DNA of 57,089 nucleotides, counting the filler, from Sphacelaria rigidula (taxonomy: Eukaryota): the NCBI GenBank assembly GCA_964200075.2. It is 8 parts of 8 records of this genome, joined end to end, with 100 filler letters (N's around TTAATTAATTAA, not from the genome) between each part and the next. Parts side by side here need not be neighbours in the genome. Positions count along the whole stretch, not along the records: positions 7,150 to 14,198 come from CAXNAA020016760.1; positions 14,299 to 21,347 come from CAXNAA020016761.1; positions 21,448 to 28,496 come from CAXNAA020016762.1; 5 more parts are not named here. The stretch is one strand, 5' to 3'. The first letter of the stretch is position 1; the number at the start of each line of letters is the position of its first letter. Under the pieces are notes generated by a model. It did no database searches. It saw only the letters and a program-made list of their open reading frames with translations, and was not told where the DNA came from. Shown here one piece after another: positions 11,701 through 21,943 of this stretch. The translations under genes and the position numbers were made by a program.

Positions 11701-13893
11701 TGTGTAGAGGGTGGCGTCAGTCGACTAACGCATCGTCTGTACACGTCTGACCTTCGTATGAAAATTATGATCACGAAGAGCAAAGCTCGCGTCCTCCATG
11801 AAAATTCCAGCTTTTGATTGCTCTTGATGGTGATTAAGCATGAAGCATCTCTCGACTCTCGACTATACAGACTGCCCGCTGTTGTTGATCACCATTATTT
11901 CCTGGACATGGATACCGGGTACAACCCTAAAACCTCGTATTCGCAACCTTGCTCTAGTTTTTGTAGCCCTGTTACGTGCACCACTCTGTCGAAATGTCCG
12001 CACTCTGGACCAGGCCCCACTGGGCGTCGACGCGACTGCATTTCGCGCGACAGTAACCCCGTGCGGTACATTGGTGCGCGGGTTCATGTGTAATGTGATT
12101 TTGTACCCTTGGTCGGCATCATGTTTTTTGTTCCCGCTTCAAGCTTGATGACGGTACTCTGATCATCCTCTAATGTGTCTCTTCCGTGCGACAAATCTCA
12201 GATTTTTGTCGGGGGATTGCACTATGAGACGCGAGACGCGTCTCTCCAATCGTACTTCGAGCAGTTTGGACCTGTAACGACCGCGGAGGTGATGTTCAAT
12301 CGAGAGACGCACAAATCTAGGGGATTTGGCTTTGTTGTTTTTGAAAACGAGGAGTCGGCGAACGCGGTGCTTCAGAGCACACATCACACGGTGAACGGCA
12401 AGGTGGTGGAGGTCAAACGCGCTGTACCGCGCTCCCAGTCTAGTACGGGAGGCAGTAACCCGAGCAGCCCGGCCATGATGGGGTACCCACCGTCGCCGTC
12501 ATCAGCGCTTGGCTCTTCAACGGGCGGCGGCATGATGAGCAAGACGTCAACGGTAGCCGCCGCCGCTGTCGCTGGTCCGAAGCGAGCGCAACGACCGCGG
12601 ACTATGCGGGACGCTATGATGTCGCCAAACGGTGGTGCGGGACACGTGCCGCCTGGAGCTTCCCCGCAACACAGGGGCGCCTACCCGCCGACAACATCGT
12701 ACGCGACAGTACTGCGATACGGAGCCGGGCGTCAGCCACCGTCAAACGTGGGCCCAGGTGGCGGGGGTAAGCCACCCCAACATCACGGGCACATGCAGGG
12801 GCGAGAAGACATGGGAAATTTCCGCTTACACGGTTCTCACGAAAATTTCCCGCCCAGCGCGACGGCTCGTGCACAGGCCGCCGCCGCTCACGCTTTCGTA
12901 CAGGAACTCAAGGCATGGGATGTGGAGAACCCGGGAGGAGGCTTGAATTTCGACGACTCATTCGATTACTACGCGGAACAGCGCGCGGCACCAAGAGAGT
13001 ACAGTTCACACGTAGACATGGGCGGTGCTGATGGAAGCTATAGCACGACGCTTCAGGGTTCTAGCACTTGGCCGGGCCCAGGGCCTGGCTCAGGCCCGCA
13101 CTCGAGGTCTTGGGCTCAACAACAAGGGCAGGGCGGTCCCAATAGGCAGCAGGTGTTGAGGCAAACGACAGACTCCGCACGCATGTCCGCTCACAACAGC
13201 CGAGCGGAAGACACATCTCCGAGATACGGCGGGCAATATTCTACGTTCCACCGCCACAGCGAGACAGTCCTGGGACCCGAAAGTGCTGATCCGCATAGCC
13301 ATCTGTACCGGTCTAACGTCAGTCACAACGGGGAGGATTATAACAATGGCCACGGGCATAAGACTCTGGGCGAATCGCAAAATACGCGACTACTGAGCCC
13401 AGGAGAAGGTGGAGGTACCCCAGCACTAATGGGGTCTTCTCCACTATTGGGGGGCGGGGGTCTGTTGGAGACGGCGTTTGCGGAGCTGAGCCTGGACGGC
13501 AACCAGCAACCGGGATTGAATGCCTCCCTCACGGAAGGTGGCGTACCAAATGGCGACGGTCCATCATTGTTGAGCGAGATCGGTGGTGGTGGGCCACCAT
13601 CTTCGTCATCCGAAGTACTCCCGTATGGCAGGGCGGGGGGAGAGACTGCTGTGGATGAGGGCAGTGCGACGGATGGGTTGGGTGGAAGCGGCTCGTGGCG
13701 GGCGGATGCGTTTGGTTCTGCCCTCGGCGTAAATGTGGCTAGTACAGTGGCTAGTACGGCCAATGAGGCGGGGGAGCGAGGACCATTGAACGAGGGAGAG
13801 CATATACGTGCAAGAGGGTTGGGGGAACAGTTTTTGAGTGCGCTTGGCTCTGCAAACACGGAGAACCCCAACCATCAGATAAGGTGGCGTTGA
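8798..13893 (+). CDS. Two-RRM RNA-binding protein (hnRNP A/B / Musashi / DAZAP1-like) with long Gly/Pro/Ser/Gln-rich C-terminus; exons 8798-8823 (uncertain), 9430-9679, 10892-11080, 12202-13893
   Basis: Exon 9430-9679 encodes [24 protein letters not shown]...SRGFGFITY...VEAKRAVPR (RNP2/RNP1). Exon from 12202 encodes IFVGGLHYETRDASLQSYFEQFG...SRGFGFVVF...VEVKRAVPR. All introns are GT-AG with compatible phases; the 10892-11080 linker exon is phase 0/0. The first exon (MGDSYRRSV, donor gtgagt at 8824) is a phase-compatible guess. Confidence 0.88.
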
Positions 13894-14525
13894 AGGTGAG
13901 AACATGGCTATATGTCCCCTTTTTGCGAGCCAACGCACTTGGGCATTCTCTGGGTCCGTCATGCGCACAACGTGGAGCATCATGGCAGTGTTACAACATT
14001 GTGACATGCCAGTGTTGGATGACCGCTGTTCGCCTAGCAAATTATTCTAATCTCGGAACCATCACTCTCCATGCAGGACCGTACATCTTTCAGTCCCCCC
14101 GTCCCCTTCCCCCTCCCTCTTTTTTTTTTCTTTATCGAAATATTTCACATTTTGTCTAAAAGTACCATTAAAGCAATACCCTGAGAGCCGTATGGAGGNN
14201 NNNNNNNNNNNNNNNNNNNNNNNNNNNNNNNNNNNNNNNNNNTTAATTAATTAANNNNNNNNNNNNNNNNNNNNNNNNNNNNNNNNNNNNNNNNNNNNCC
14301 GAAGAAATCGTGAATTTGGTGATTTTGAGTCGTGATGATTTGTCCCAACCGTGAAACGGTTAAAACGCTCGCAAAATAGACACTTCGCACCCTGCAACTC
14401 ATTCCATCATGTCGTTCCAACACAAATGAAATGAACATACATGCGTGAGTGAGTGATCGAGTAGTTTTTTTGTTAAATACGAGCTGGGCCAGCTGCGAGT
14501 GTTTTTGAATGTTTCTGGGCCCAGC

Positions 14526-15030
14526 TGTGAGGAAAATCCGAGGGCTTGGACCCACCTCTATGGCAACGAATCTCGATTTGTACAAATATGAGGATTTCAG
14601 CCCGTCTACAGGCGATCTTCTCCCGCGGATTGATTTTTCGGACCCCAGTCCGTCGGGCAATGTTTTTCGGCTAGCTGTGAGCAAACCAGATCAAATCTCC
14701 GATTTTCTGGGCGTTGACTTTCGATACATTACATTTCTGCTAAAATCGGGACACTCCCGCATCTCCCCCGATTTTTCCAGGAAATCGGGGGATATGCGGG
14801 AGAGTCCCGATTTGGGCAGAAAGGTAGTGAACTAAAAGGCAACGTCCAGAGAACCGGAGAATTGATCTGGTTTGCTCACAGCTAGTCGAAAAACATTGCC
14901 CGACGGACTGGGGTCCGAAAAAATCAATCCACGAGAGGAACTCGCCTGTAGACGGGCTGAAATACTCATATTTGTGCAAATCGAGATTAGTTGCCATAAA
15001 AGTGGGTCTTGGGCGCGGAAATCTCTACAC
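14526..15030. repeat. Long imperfect palindrome / foldback element (arms ~230 bp, centre ~14779)
   Basis: 14549-14778 is the reverse complement of 14780-15008 (e.g. ggaccccagtccgtcgggcaatgtttttcg / cgaaaaacattgcccgacggactggggtcc); mirrored ORF translations on both strands. Confidence 0.9.
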
Positions 15031-15169
15031 GATATTTGTATCATCAACACGCGCAACATTTCTCGGCATGCTTTGAAAAAAAACGACTTCAAGTTCAAGC
15101 AATAACTGCAAATATGCTGTACCTCCGTGAAAATAAAGGAATACGGCGGCATCCCTAGCATTATCGTGC

Positions 15170-15460
15170 GTACTTGCGTGCCGGAAATTCTGGTAAAATT
15201 TCGGCCAAAAGGTCTCAAAGTTGAGGCGCAGTCGGGAACTTTTTGTGTGACCCGCTGCGCTCGTTTAATCCAAGTGATACAGGAGACTCCAGTCATGAAG
15301 GTCACGAGTTCGAATCCCGACATATTTTCTTTTGTTTCGTTCCGTCGTTGAGGTTATATATTGTGTAGGACATATTTTCCATTTTTGTTTTCTTCATTCA
15401 GCGGTGGTGCTGTGCGTTACCAGGTTGGTCTGCAGTTGACATCGATATGCCCAGGTCGGG
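15170..15460 (+). mobile_element. Dispersed repeat with an internal tRNA-like segment; second copy at 42370-42655 (-)
   Basis: caagtgat..ggagactcca...gttcgaatccc (B-box) and downstream ccgtcgtt.aggttata...accaggttggtct are shared by both copies. Confidence 0.6.
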
Positions 15461-15655
15461 CTGATCTGGTAAACTTGATGAACTGTCTTGTGATTTGCAA
15501 ATGCGGGATTTACTGCTGGCCCAGCTCGTAATGACATGGATAAATTCACTCACCCATCAATGGTTCCACGATTACAGACACACACAAATCAGAAACAAAT
15601 CGAGCGAAAGTTTGTCCTTTCCGTCATCTCCATTATTTCTTCTCTCCTTTCTCAC

Positions 15656-18600
15656 CCTCCATGAGCGGAACGTTCAAGTTAAATCCGCGCCCTTTCCCAG
15701 CACCAGTCTCCGAACAGTGTCCGCTCCCCGGGAAAAATCCCTTCGCAAGGTGATGAAAACTGACAGTCATAACCTGCCGCGAAAAATGCAAAAAAAAAAA
15801 AAGAGAAGCAAATACAAACAGATCAACATATCACAGCAACAGGTACAATATCAAAACGCACACCACACAAGGGACTAGGACCAAAGCTCATGAGAGTAGG
15901 GCGGTGCGTGAACTGCGCCAAGTTGACGAGGAAGGTTGTGCTGACCCCCCCCCCCCCGGAAACTTACCTTATCTGACATGTAGAATGCTTCTTGCACGCC
16001 GTCACCGTGGTGAACATCTGCGCATGACGGGGATGTCACCACCCCCAAGCATCGTCGGAAACCCCCAAATTGAACGAAACGTACGTATGTACGTACGGAT
16101 GGGCGGGCGAGCGGGTGGGGAGAGGGTGCTAGGGTCAAAACTAATCAAGCAGGGGGAGGAGGGGGGGGGGGGGGCAGTCAGGATATGGGTCCGTTTCACA
16201 ACTACTCTCGTACTATCATTTTCCCGTGCCACTTCAGTGGTTGAATGCTCGTCGTAGAAATAGCCGTGTATGTATACAGCTTCGTGTCCAAGTCTTGTGT
16301 GTACGATATCCTAAGCAACCTTCTTCGAAAGGGGAACATCACGAGAGTGTATCTACTCTGCTGCCCCGAATCCCTAGGGCTTTTTTCCGTTTTTTTTTTT
16401 TCCCCTCATTCTTTCTCTTCCTTTTTTTGTTTTAGATCGGCCATTTCTTCCTGTGCTTTGGCTTTTGATGGCTTTTCATTCATTTTTTTTTTTTCACGTC
16501 TTAGCCTACTATGTCGTCCTGTTGGACTTTTTCTTTTTTTTCTTCGGAGAGTGTTTCTGTTTTCAGTCTTGTTTCTTTTTGGGTACGTCCATCATGTGAC
16601 CACGGTGGATCGATCCCTAGGGGGTCAGTTCAAGTGCGACAACCAATCGGTCACGAAAACCATTCGGTCATTCCAAAAGCATCACAGTGTGACTTCACCA
16701 CTACCATCGGACCTGTTACCCGACCTAAACCTGCATTCGAAAAACACGCACGGTCGAGATCTGGGAAGATGTCGATACTGTTCCGAGGTGAAGCTGGCGG
16801 TCAGAAGTTTGATCCCTTTAGCGGCAAGCCCCCTCACATGAACTCTGAGTGGACGGCTGGAAATATGCCGAAATAATGTGTGTTTCTCTTCAGGATGACA
16901 CTGATGTTTAGTGAGCACGGAATACGGCGTATGTTATCTTGTACGACTACAAGCGCTTGCAACATGTAGCCCCTTCAGTATGATTGCTACCTTGATTGAT
17001 GGAGGCGTTTTCATTAACTCGACATGTGGAGGACGTACGTCGATCTACATACAGTACTATCTCGTTTTGCAACGGGAACAAGTGGCATCGATCAGAGAGG
17101 AAGGAGACTCTGACTGCTTTTTAGGAGGCACTACACGACGGCAAGTGCTACAAAAAACACGGGACGGCGAGTAGGATGGGCGTCCCTAGCGCGATAACAG
17201 CCTCCTCGCTCATCAACCGCAACACATACAACATCTTACAGGACCGTGACACCTCGAGTGCTGCATCATCGGTAAGGGCAAGTAGGCGTACTCCGCATAG
17301 GATCAATCGACTTTCAGAGAGAGCGGAACTTGCCAAACTACAGCGCCGGGCTTAGCCGTCGGCAGAATTTAGTGGGCGATATTGTTCCGAAAATACGCAT
17401 GAGGTGTTGCTTTCCAGTGAGGGGTTTTCACAAGAACAAAATTGATTTCAGGAAGACTTACCGATGTCGATGACGAGGACCCTCGCGAATCTCTTGGCCA
17501 GGTGAAGCGCAGCCAAGACGCAGTCATTTACGTAGCAAAACCCGGCCGCCTCGCCCTTCTTTGCGTGATGCCTGTTGAGCCAACCCAAACAATTTACAGA
17601 CAAAAAAGAAAAAAAAAACAGCATGTTTTATTTTTTAATTTTCTTCTCATCATGCTCATGTCAGATTCTTGTACGGCATCGTAATACAAAAAAGTCCAAC
17701 ACATGAACACACACACAACGCACGGGAAAATGTTCTGATGAGATCGACACTTGGCAGAGGAAATTGACAAAAATATATTTTCACGAACAGTGTGTTAGGG
17801 GGAAAAGCGACATGCTCCTCCCCCCTCCCCCACCTTTGTTTACCTCGCGTACGTCCAACTGGTGGACAATGACCACTCCTGGATCCCGCGTGGACCACTT
17901 CATGAGCGCCATTAAGTCGGTCAATCGAATCAGTCACATGTGTATATTTCCCCCCTTACGCTCGCAAGGCTGGAACTTTAAGCAATTAACGGAAGGGCCC
18001 CACCAGGAGTGGAGCCTGCGGCTTAATTAGACTCTTAACACGGGGAAACTCACCAGGTGGGGTGCATAGTGAAGTTTGACAGTTTGAAAGCTCTTTCTTG
18101 ATTCTATGGGTGGTGGTGCATCGCCGTTCTTAGTTGGTGGAGTGATTTGTCCCCCCCCCTCTCACCCCCTCCCCCCATGACGGGGTGGCGTCGGTTAGCA
18201 ACGACATGTAAAACACGCCTTCCACTGGGTAAGCTCGGCAACCACGATATCTTGTTCTTGTCGCTTCAAGTTTTTTTTTTTTTTGCGGCAACCATGATGA
18301 CGTGATGGTGGTCGAATTACATTATAGCACACCCTGGACAAAAGGGTCTATCGTAAAAAAATGTTTTGCGTACAGTATGGAATCTATTGTCTGTTGCAAA
18401 AGGCGCAATAGTCGAAACTGTACGTAGCACACTCGTTGACCGTGTATTCTTTCGTCCAGGGTGTGGATCATAGTGTGGAAGGTGGAGAACCCGAACTCCG
18501 CGCGAGGGGAATGATGATCGTACTTCATAATGTTTGAATGGTGAGACACCCTTGAGGCAGTGTAACCCGTGGCCATCTCTGGAAGTGGCGAGAGCAGAGA

Positions 18601-20574
18601 ATACAGCAACTCATTCGAGAGAGCTGCCATCCATATGCAAAATCATGAGCACACTTGAGGTCAAATAATATTAGCAGGATGCAGCTAACCCTCCATGCGA
18701 CTTGCCAAAAACACATCATGGCGCTCCGCGCTTGGTGGTTAATTGCGAGCCTGGTCCGACGAAAGCCCACCGTGCTCCGTCCCGGCTTTGTAGGGATGCG
18801 AAGTCAATGGTCTTGTGACTATGGCATGCATGATCATGAGTACACCACCCCCCGCCCCCCGGTCTACTTTTCCTGTTTCTCGAGTTACAAAGTTTTTGGA
18901 GTATGACTCCCGAGGCGACCTACCACACCCTGAAATGACATCAGACAACATTGGCAAAGGTATGCTTCGCACAGTATCAAATCCGACGTATATTACAAAA
19001 TACATTAGATTCAATGCTGTACTCGGTACACTTTTTGCCAACGTAACATACTGTCATTGTCCAGGGTGCGCAACCTTACCCCATCGCCCCTCGTGCTTCT
19101 GCCATGTTTTCGACACCCACCTTCCTCCCCCCCAGTTAATCGCCACGTCCGCCTCGCCCCTGACCAAGAGGTTGGATGCGTGCAGGGAGGCTCCCGCAAC
19201 GGCGCAGCAGTACTCGAACATATTCTCGAACACCTCGCAGTCGTCCATCAGGCCGTAGTCATCCAGAGCCTTCGTGTCTAATGGTGGCTCCCGAAGTGCC
19301 TGATCACCATTGCGTGTTTGAATGATGACAACAACGACCAAGGATACAGACCATTGTATGGATGGATAGTGGCGTCAAGGGAGTACGGAGGGGATAACCC
19401 TTTCGAGCACCGGAAGCCTGTGGGTGCTCCACGCCTCTGCAGGACATCGACAAACCTAAACTCTAAAAACTACAGCACAAGCTAGCCCTCACGGTAACCA
19501 GTCTTCCATGGGAGGGGGGTCATGGGGGTTCTCTCTCAAAAAAAATTTTGTTTGAAAATCATGAGATATTGCACCTCTCAAAAACACCAAAATGTCCTGC
19601 TCGTCGTTCACGGCTCAGCGGAATTGGAAATCAGCGTCAAGAATTGAATCACCTCGATATGATTACTGTCATGCATGATGAAGTTTATTTTTTCCGTATC
19701 CGCATCATATTCTGGACCCCTGATCTTTCTCGGGACGAGTCCGTGATCTCAAAGCATCAACCCATCCATTTATCTCCCCCTACACAGTGACTGCTTTTAT
19801 GATAGTTCGATATCCAGGATTCGGACTAGCACTCCCGCACGCCATCGACTCCCGCACTGGTATTTCTTCACCACTCGTGTCCTCATGCTTTTCAACGACG
19901 GGAAACAGTTGTTTTTTTCTCACCGGGTCGTCCTTATTAATTTTCATTCTTGCCTCCTTCTGTTTCTCAAAGGCTTGCGCGGAAGATACCAGCTGGCATC
20001 GATTTTTTTTGTTTCCCCTCTCATTATTTTCTGTAATCCTTTTTCTGTTTTGTTCTTTCTTTTCTTAGTTTTTGATCTGTTCTACTGTACCTTTTCCGTT
20101 TTTTCTTTTCTTCTCCTTTTCTTCCGCAAATATTTCAGTTTCGCTGTCTCGGGTACGTCCACCATGTGACTGCCATGTGACCACGCCCAGATCCCTGGGG
20201 TATCAGATTTATCATGGTTCGACAATCAAATAAATTCACATCAATTCAATCAAGCAATCGACCATTCGACCTTACATGGGCACCCCTGGATATCGTGTGG
20301 AAAACAACTGCCTTGGCTGAACAATGTTACATGACACTGTTCAGCGGTTGAGAGACCACAGACGACGTACACAGTGCGGTGTACCAGTGTATAGAGTACT
20401 ACGAGACGTACCTCGATGTAATCCCTGTCGTGGTACGCGCGGAGGTGGGCCTCCGTTGCTCTGGCCGGCTGCACGACCTCCAGCCGCCCGGGAAGCCCGC
20501 ACGCCGCCACAAGCGCGTACAGTAAATCATCCCGCCTACCATGCCTCCCCATCAGCCCGCAAAGTCGCTGGTAC
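15656..20574 (-). CDS. HDAC8: Class I histone deacetylase, HDAC8/Hos1-like, partial; exons 20574-20412, 19299-19121, 17571-17462, 16017-15968, 15773-15656
   Basis: Spliced translation: [26 protein letters not shown]...[15 protein letters not shown]...[25 protein letters not shown]...[79 protein letters not shown]...[15 protein letters not shown]. All junctions are GT-AG and phase-consistent. First and last exons are not on this contig; the HDAC8 subfamily call is less certain than the class I call. Confidence 0.92.
16578..16655 (+). mobile_element. Retroelement 3' end (family C, (AATC)n-type tail); further copies ~17868-17935, 20148-20262, 41707-41790 (-), 52520-52595
   Basis: Shared gggtacgtcca.catgtgaccacg...gatccct.ggggtcagtt...gcgacaa.caatc. 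Confidence 0.6.
17958..18151 (+). pseudogene. Degenerate 18S rRNA fragment (~195 nt) inside an HDAC intron
   Basis: tcgcaaggctggaactttaagcaattaacggaagggccccaccaggagtggagcctgcggcttaattagactc...ctctttcttgattctatgggtggtggtgcatcgccgttcttagttggtggagtgatttgtc follows the conserved eukaryotic SSU rRNA sequence with many substitutions. Confidence 0.92.
18480..18860 (+). mobile_element. LINE-like 3' end (family B) ending in a C-run; copies 20586-20785 (-), 41543-42070 (-), 52880-53356 (+)
   Basis: Shared gtgagacaccc.tgaggcagtg...catgcgact.gcc...ggcgct.cgcgc...gactatggca.gc.tgatcatgagtac followed by C-run; variable 5' truncation. Confidence 0.7.
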
Positions 20575-20791
20575 CTAAAAAAGCGAGGGGGGGGGGGGGG
20601 GGGGACTCATGATCTTGCATGCCATAGTCACAAGACCATTGACCTCGTACCCCTACAAAGCAGGGACGGAGCAAGTCGGATTTTCGCCGGACCCGGCTGA
20701 CAGTCAATCACCACGGGCGAAGCGCCGTCATTTCTTCGGCGAGTCGATGAAGGGTGAGCTCCGTCCTGCTAAAAGATTGTTCTGGGATAAG

Positions 20792-20880
20792 GCGGGGGGG
20801 CATACTCATTTGTCGCTTGCACTTGATCATTGACCACGCATCCCTTTCGAGACGGAGCACCGACTTTCTGAGGCGGAACG
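20792..20880 (-). mobile_element. LINE 3' end (family A); further short copies 21248-21335 (-) and 54555-54630 (-)
   Basis: G-run followed by tactcatttgt.gcttgc...cattgaccacgcatccctttcgagacggagca. Confidence 0.7.
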
Positions 20881-21115
20881 GAAGACGGGAAACCCCCCAA
20901 AATAGTCTTGAGGAGGTCGGGGGGCATATGATGCCGTTCATATGGAAGTCATTTGTAATGGCCTTTGGTTAGGGAAAGCAGTGTTTTGGATTCAACCTTC
21001 AAACAGCGATGCGGGTAGTTCATCTAGATCACACGTACTTGTTTTCAAGTGAAATTGATGCTGACTGAGCAGGTCATCTACCCTCGCCGTCAAAGGGTCG
21101 AGCATATAAATCTTT

Positions 21116-21247
21116 GGGCAATGGCCTAGAAAAGACTTACCTTCTCGTTTTTTGAGTGAGAAAGTCACGAAAAATGACCAGAAACGTGGAATCAGCAAAA
21201 CACGCCATACAGATCGTTTTCGCTCCGAATTTTTCACGCACGTCACT
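21116..21247 (+). mobile_element. Fragment of the MULE terminal repeat
   Basis: gggcaatggcctagaaaa...accttctcgttt...cgctccg.atttttcacgcac matches 49654-49780 and the reverse complement of 44255-44380. Confidence 0.7.
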
Positions 21248-21651
21248 CGGGGGGGGGGGGGAAGGGGGCGTACTCATTTGTTGCTTGCCTTAGTCATTTG
21301 ACCATTGACCACGCATCCCTTTCGAAACGGAGCATTGGGGGGGGGGGNNNNNNNNNNNNNNNNNNNNNNNNNNNNNNNNNNNNNNNNNNNNTTAATTAAT
21401 TAANNNNNNNNNNNNNNNNNNNNNNNNNNNNNNNNNNNNNNNNNNNNGTTGAATCGGCATCAATTTCAAGTGAAAATAAGTATGCATGGTCCAGAAAGAC
21501 TAACCTCGCGGTCTGAGAATTAATTCATGATCGTCAAACATCAACATTTGCGCACCCGCAGGTGGACACCTGAGTGGGACAGTCAGTTTGACAGCCTCAA
21601 GTTTCAACACCTTTTGACCGCGACGATTTTCAATTTTTACACATACATAAC

Positions 21652-21943
21652 GTTTTCGTGAGATCGAGAGTAGAGTGCTGATTGAGAGCGGATTTCATCA
21701 TTCGCTTCAACTCAGCCAATTTTTCATTCCGTGTGTGTGTTTTTTTTTGCCTCCATCACTGGCGTATGCTTGCAGCTACACGTCAATATCCTACTTAAGG
21801 ATATCAAGGGCCTCAGTCGCAAGCTACTACAGAAAGCATATCGGGCCTCGTGGAGGGGTATTATTTCGGAACTGAAACGATACATTCATTAATTGACTGT
21901 TTTTCACTCTATTCGTATCCTCTACTCTCAATCTCACGAAAAC
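21652..21943. mobile_element. MITE (~290 bp) with TIR GTTTTCGTGAGAT.GAGAGTAGAG; inverted copy 44866-45143, partial copy ~55557-55625
   Basis: Terminal inverted repeats visible; internal gctactacagaaagcatatcgggcctcg is shared with the reverse complement of 44935-45020. Confidence 0.7.

Noticed and set aside
12553..12567. Minus-strand SGGGY as the missing HDAC GGGGY exon
   Set aside because: It is the antisense of the RRM Ala run, is followed by a stop and lies on a different contig
17958..18151. Functional rRNA gene
   Set aside because: Only ~195 nt with substitutions at otherwise invariant positions and no flanking rDNA
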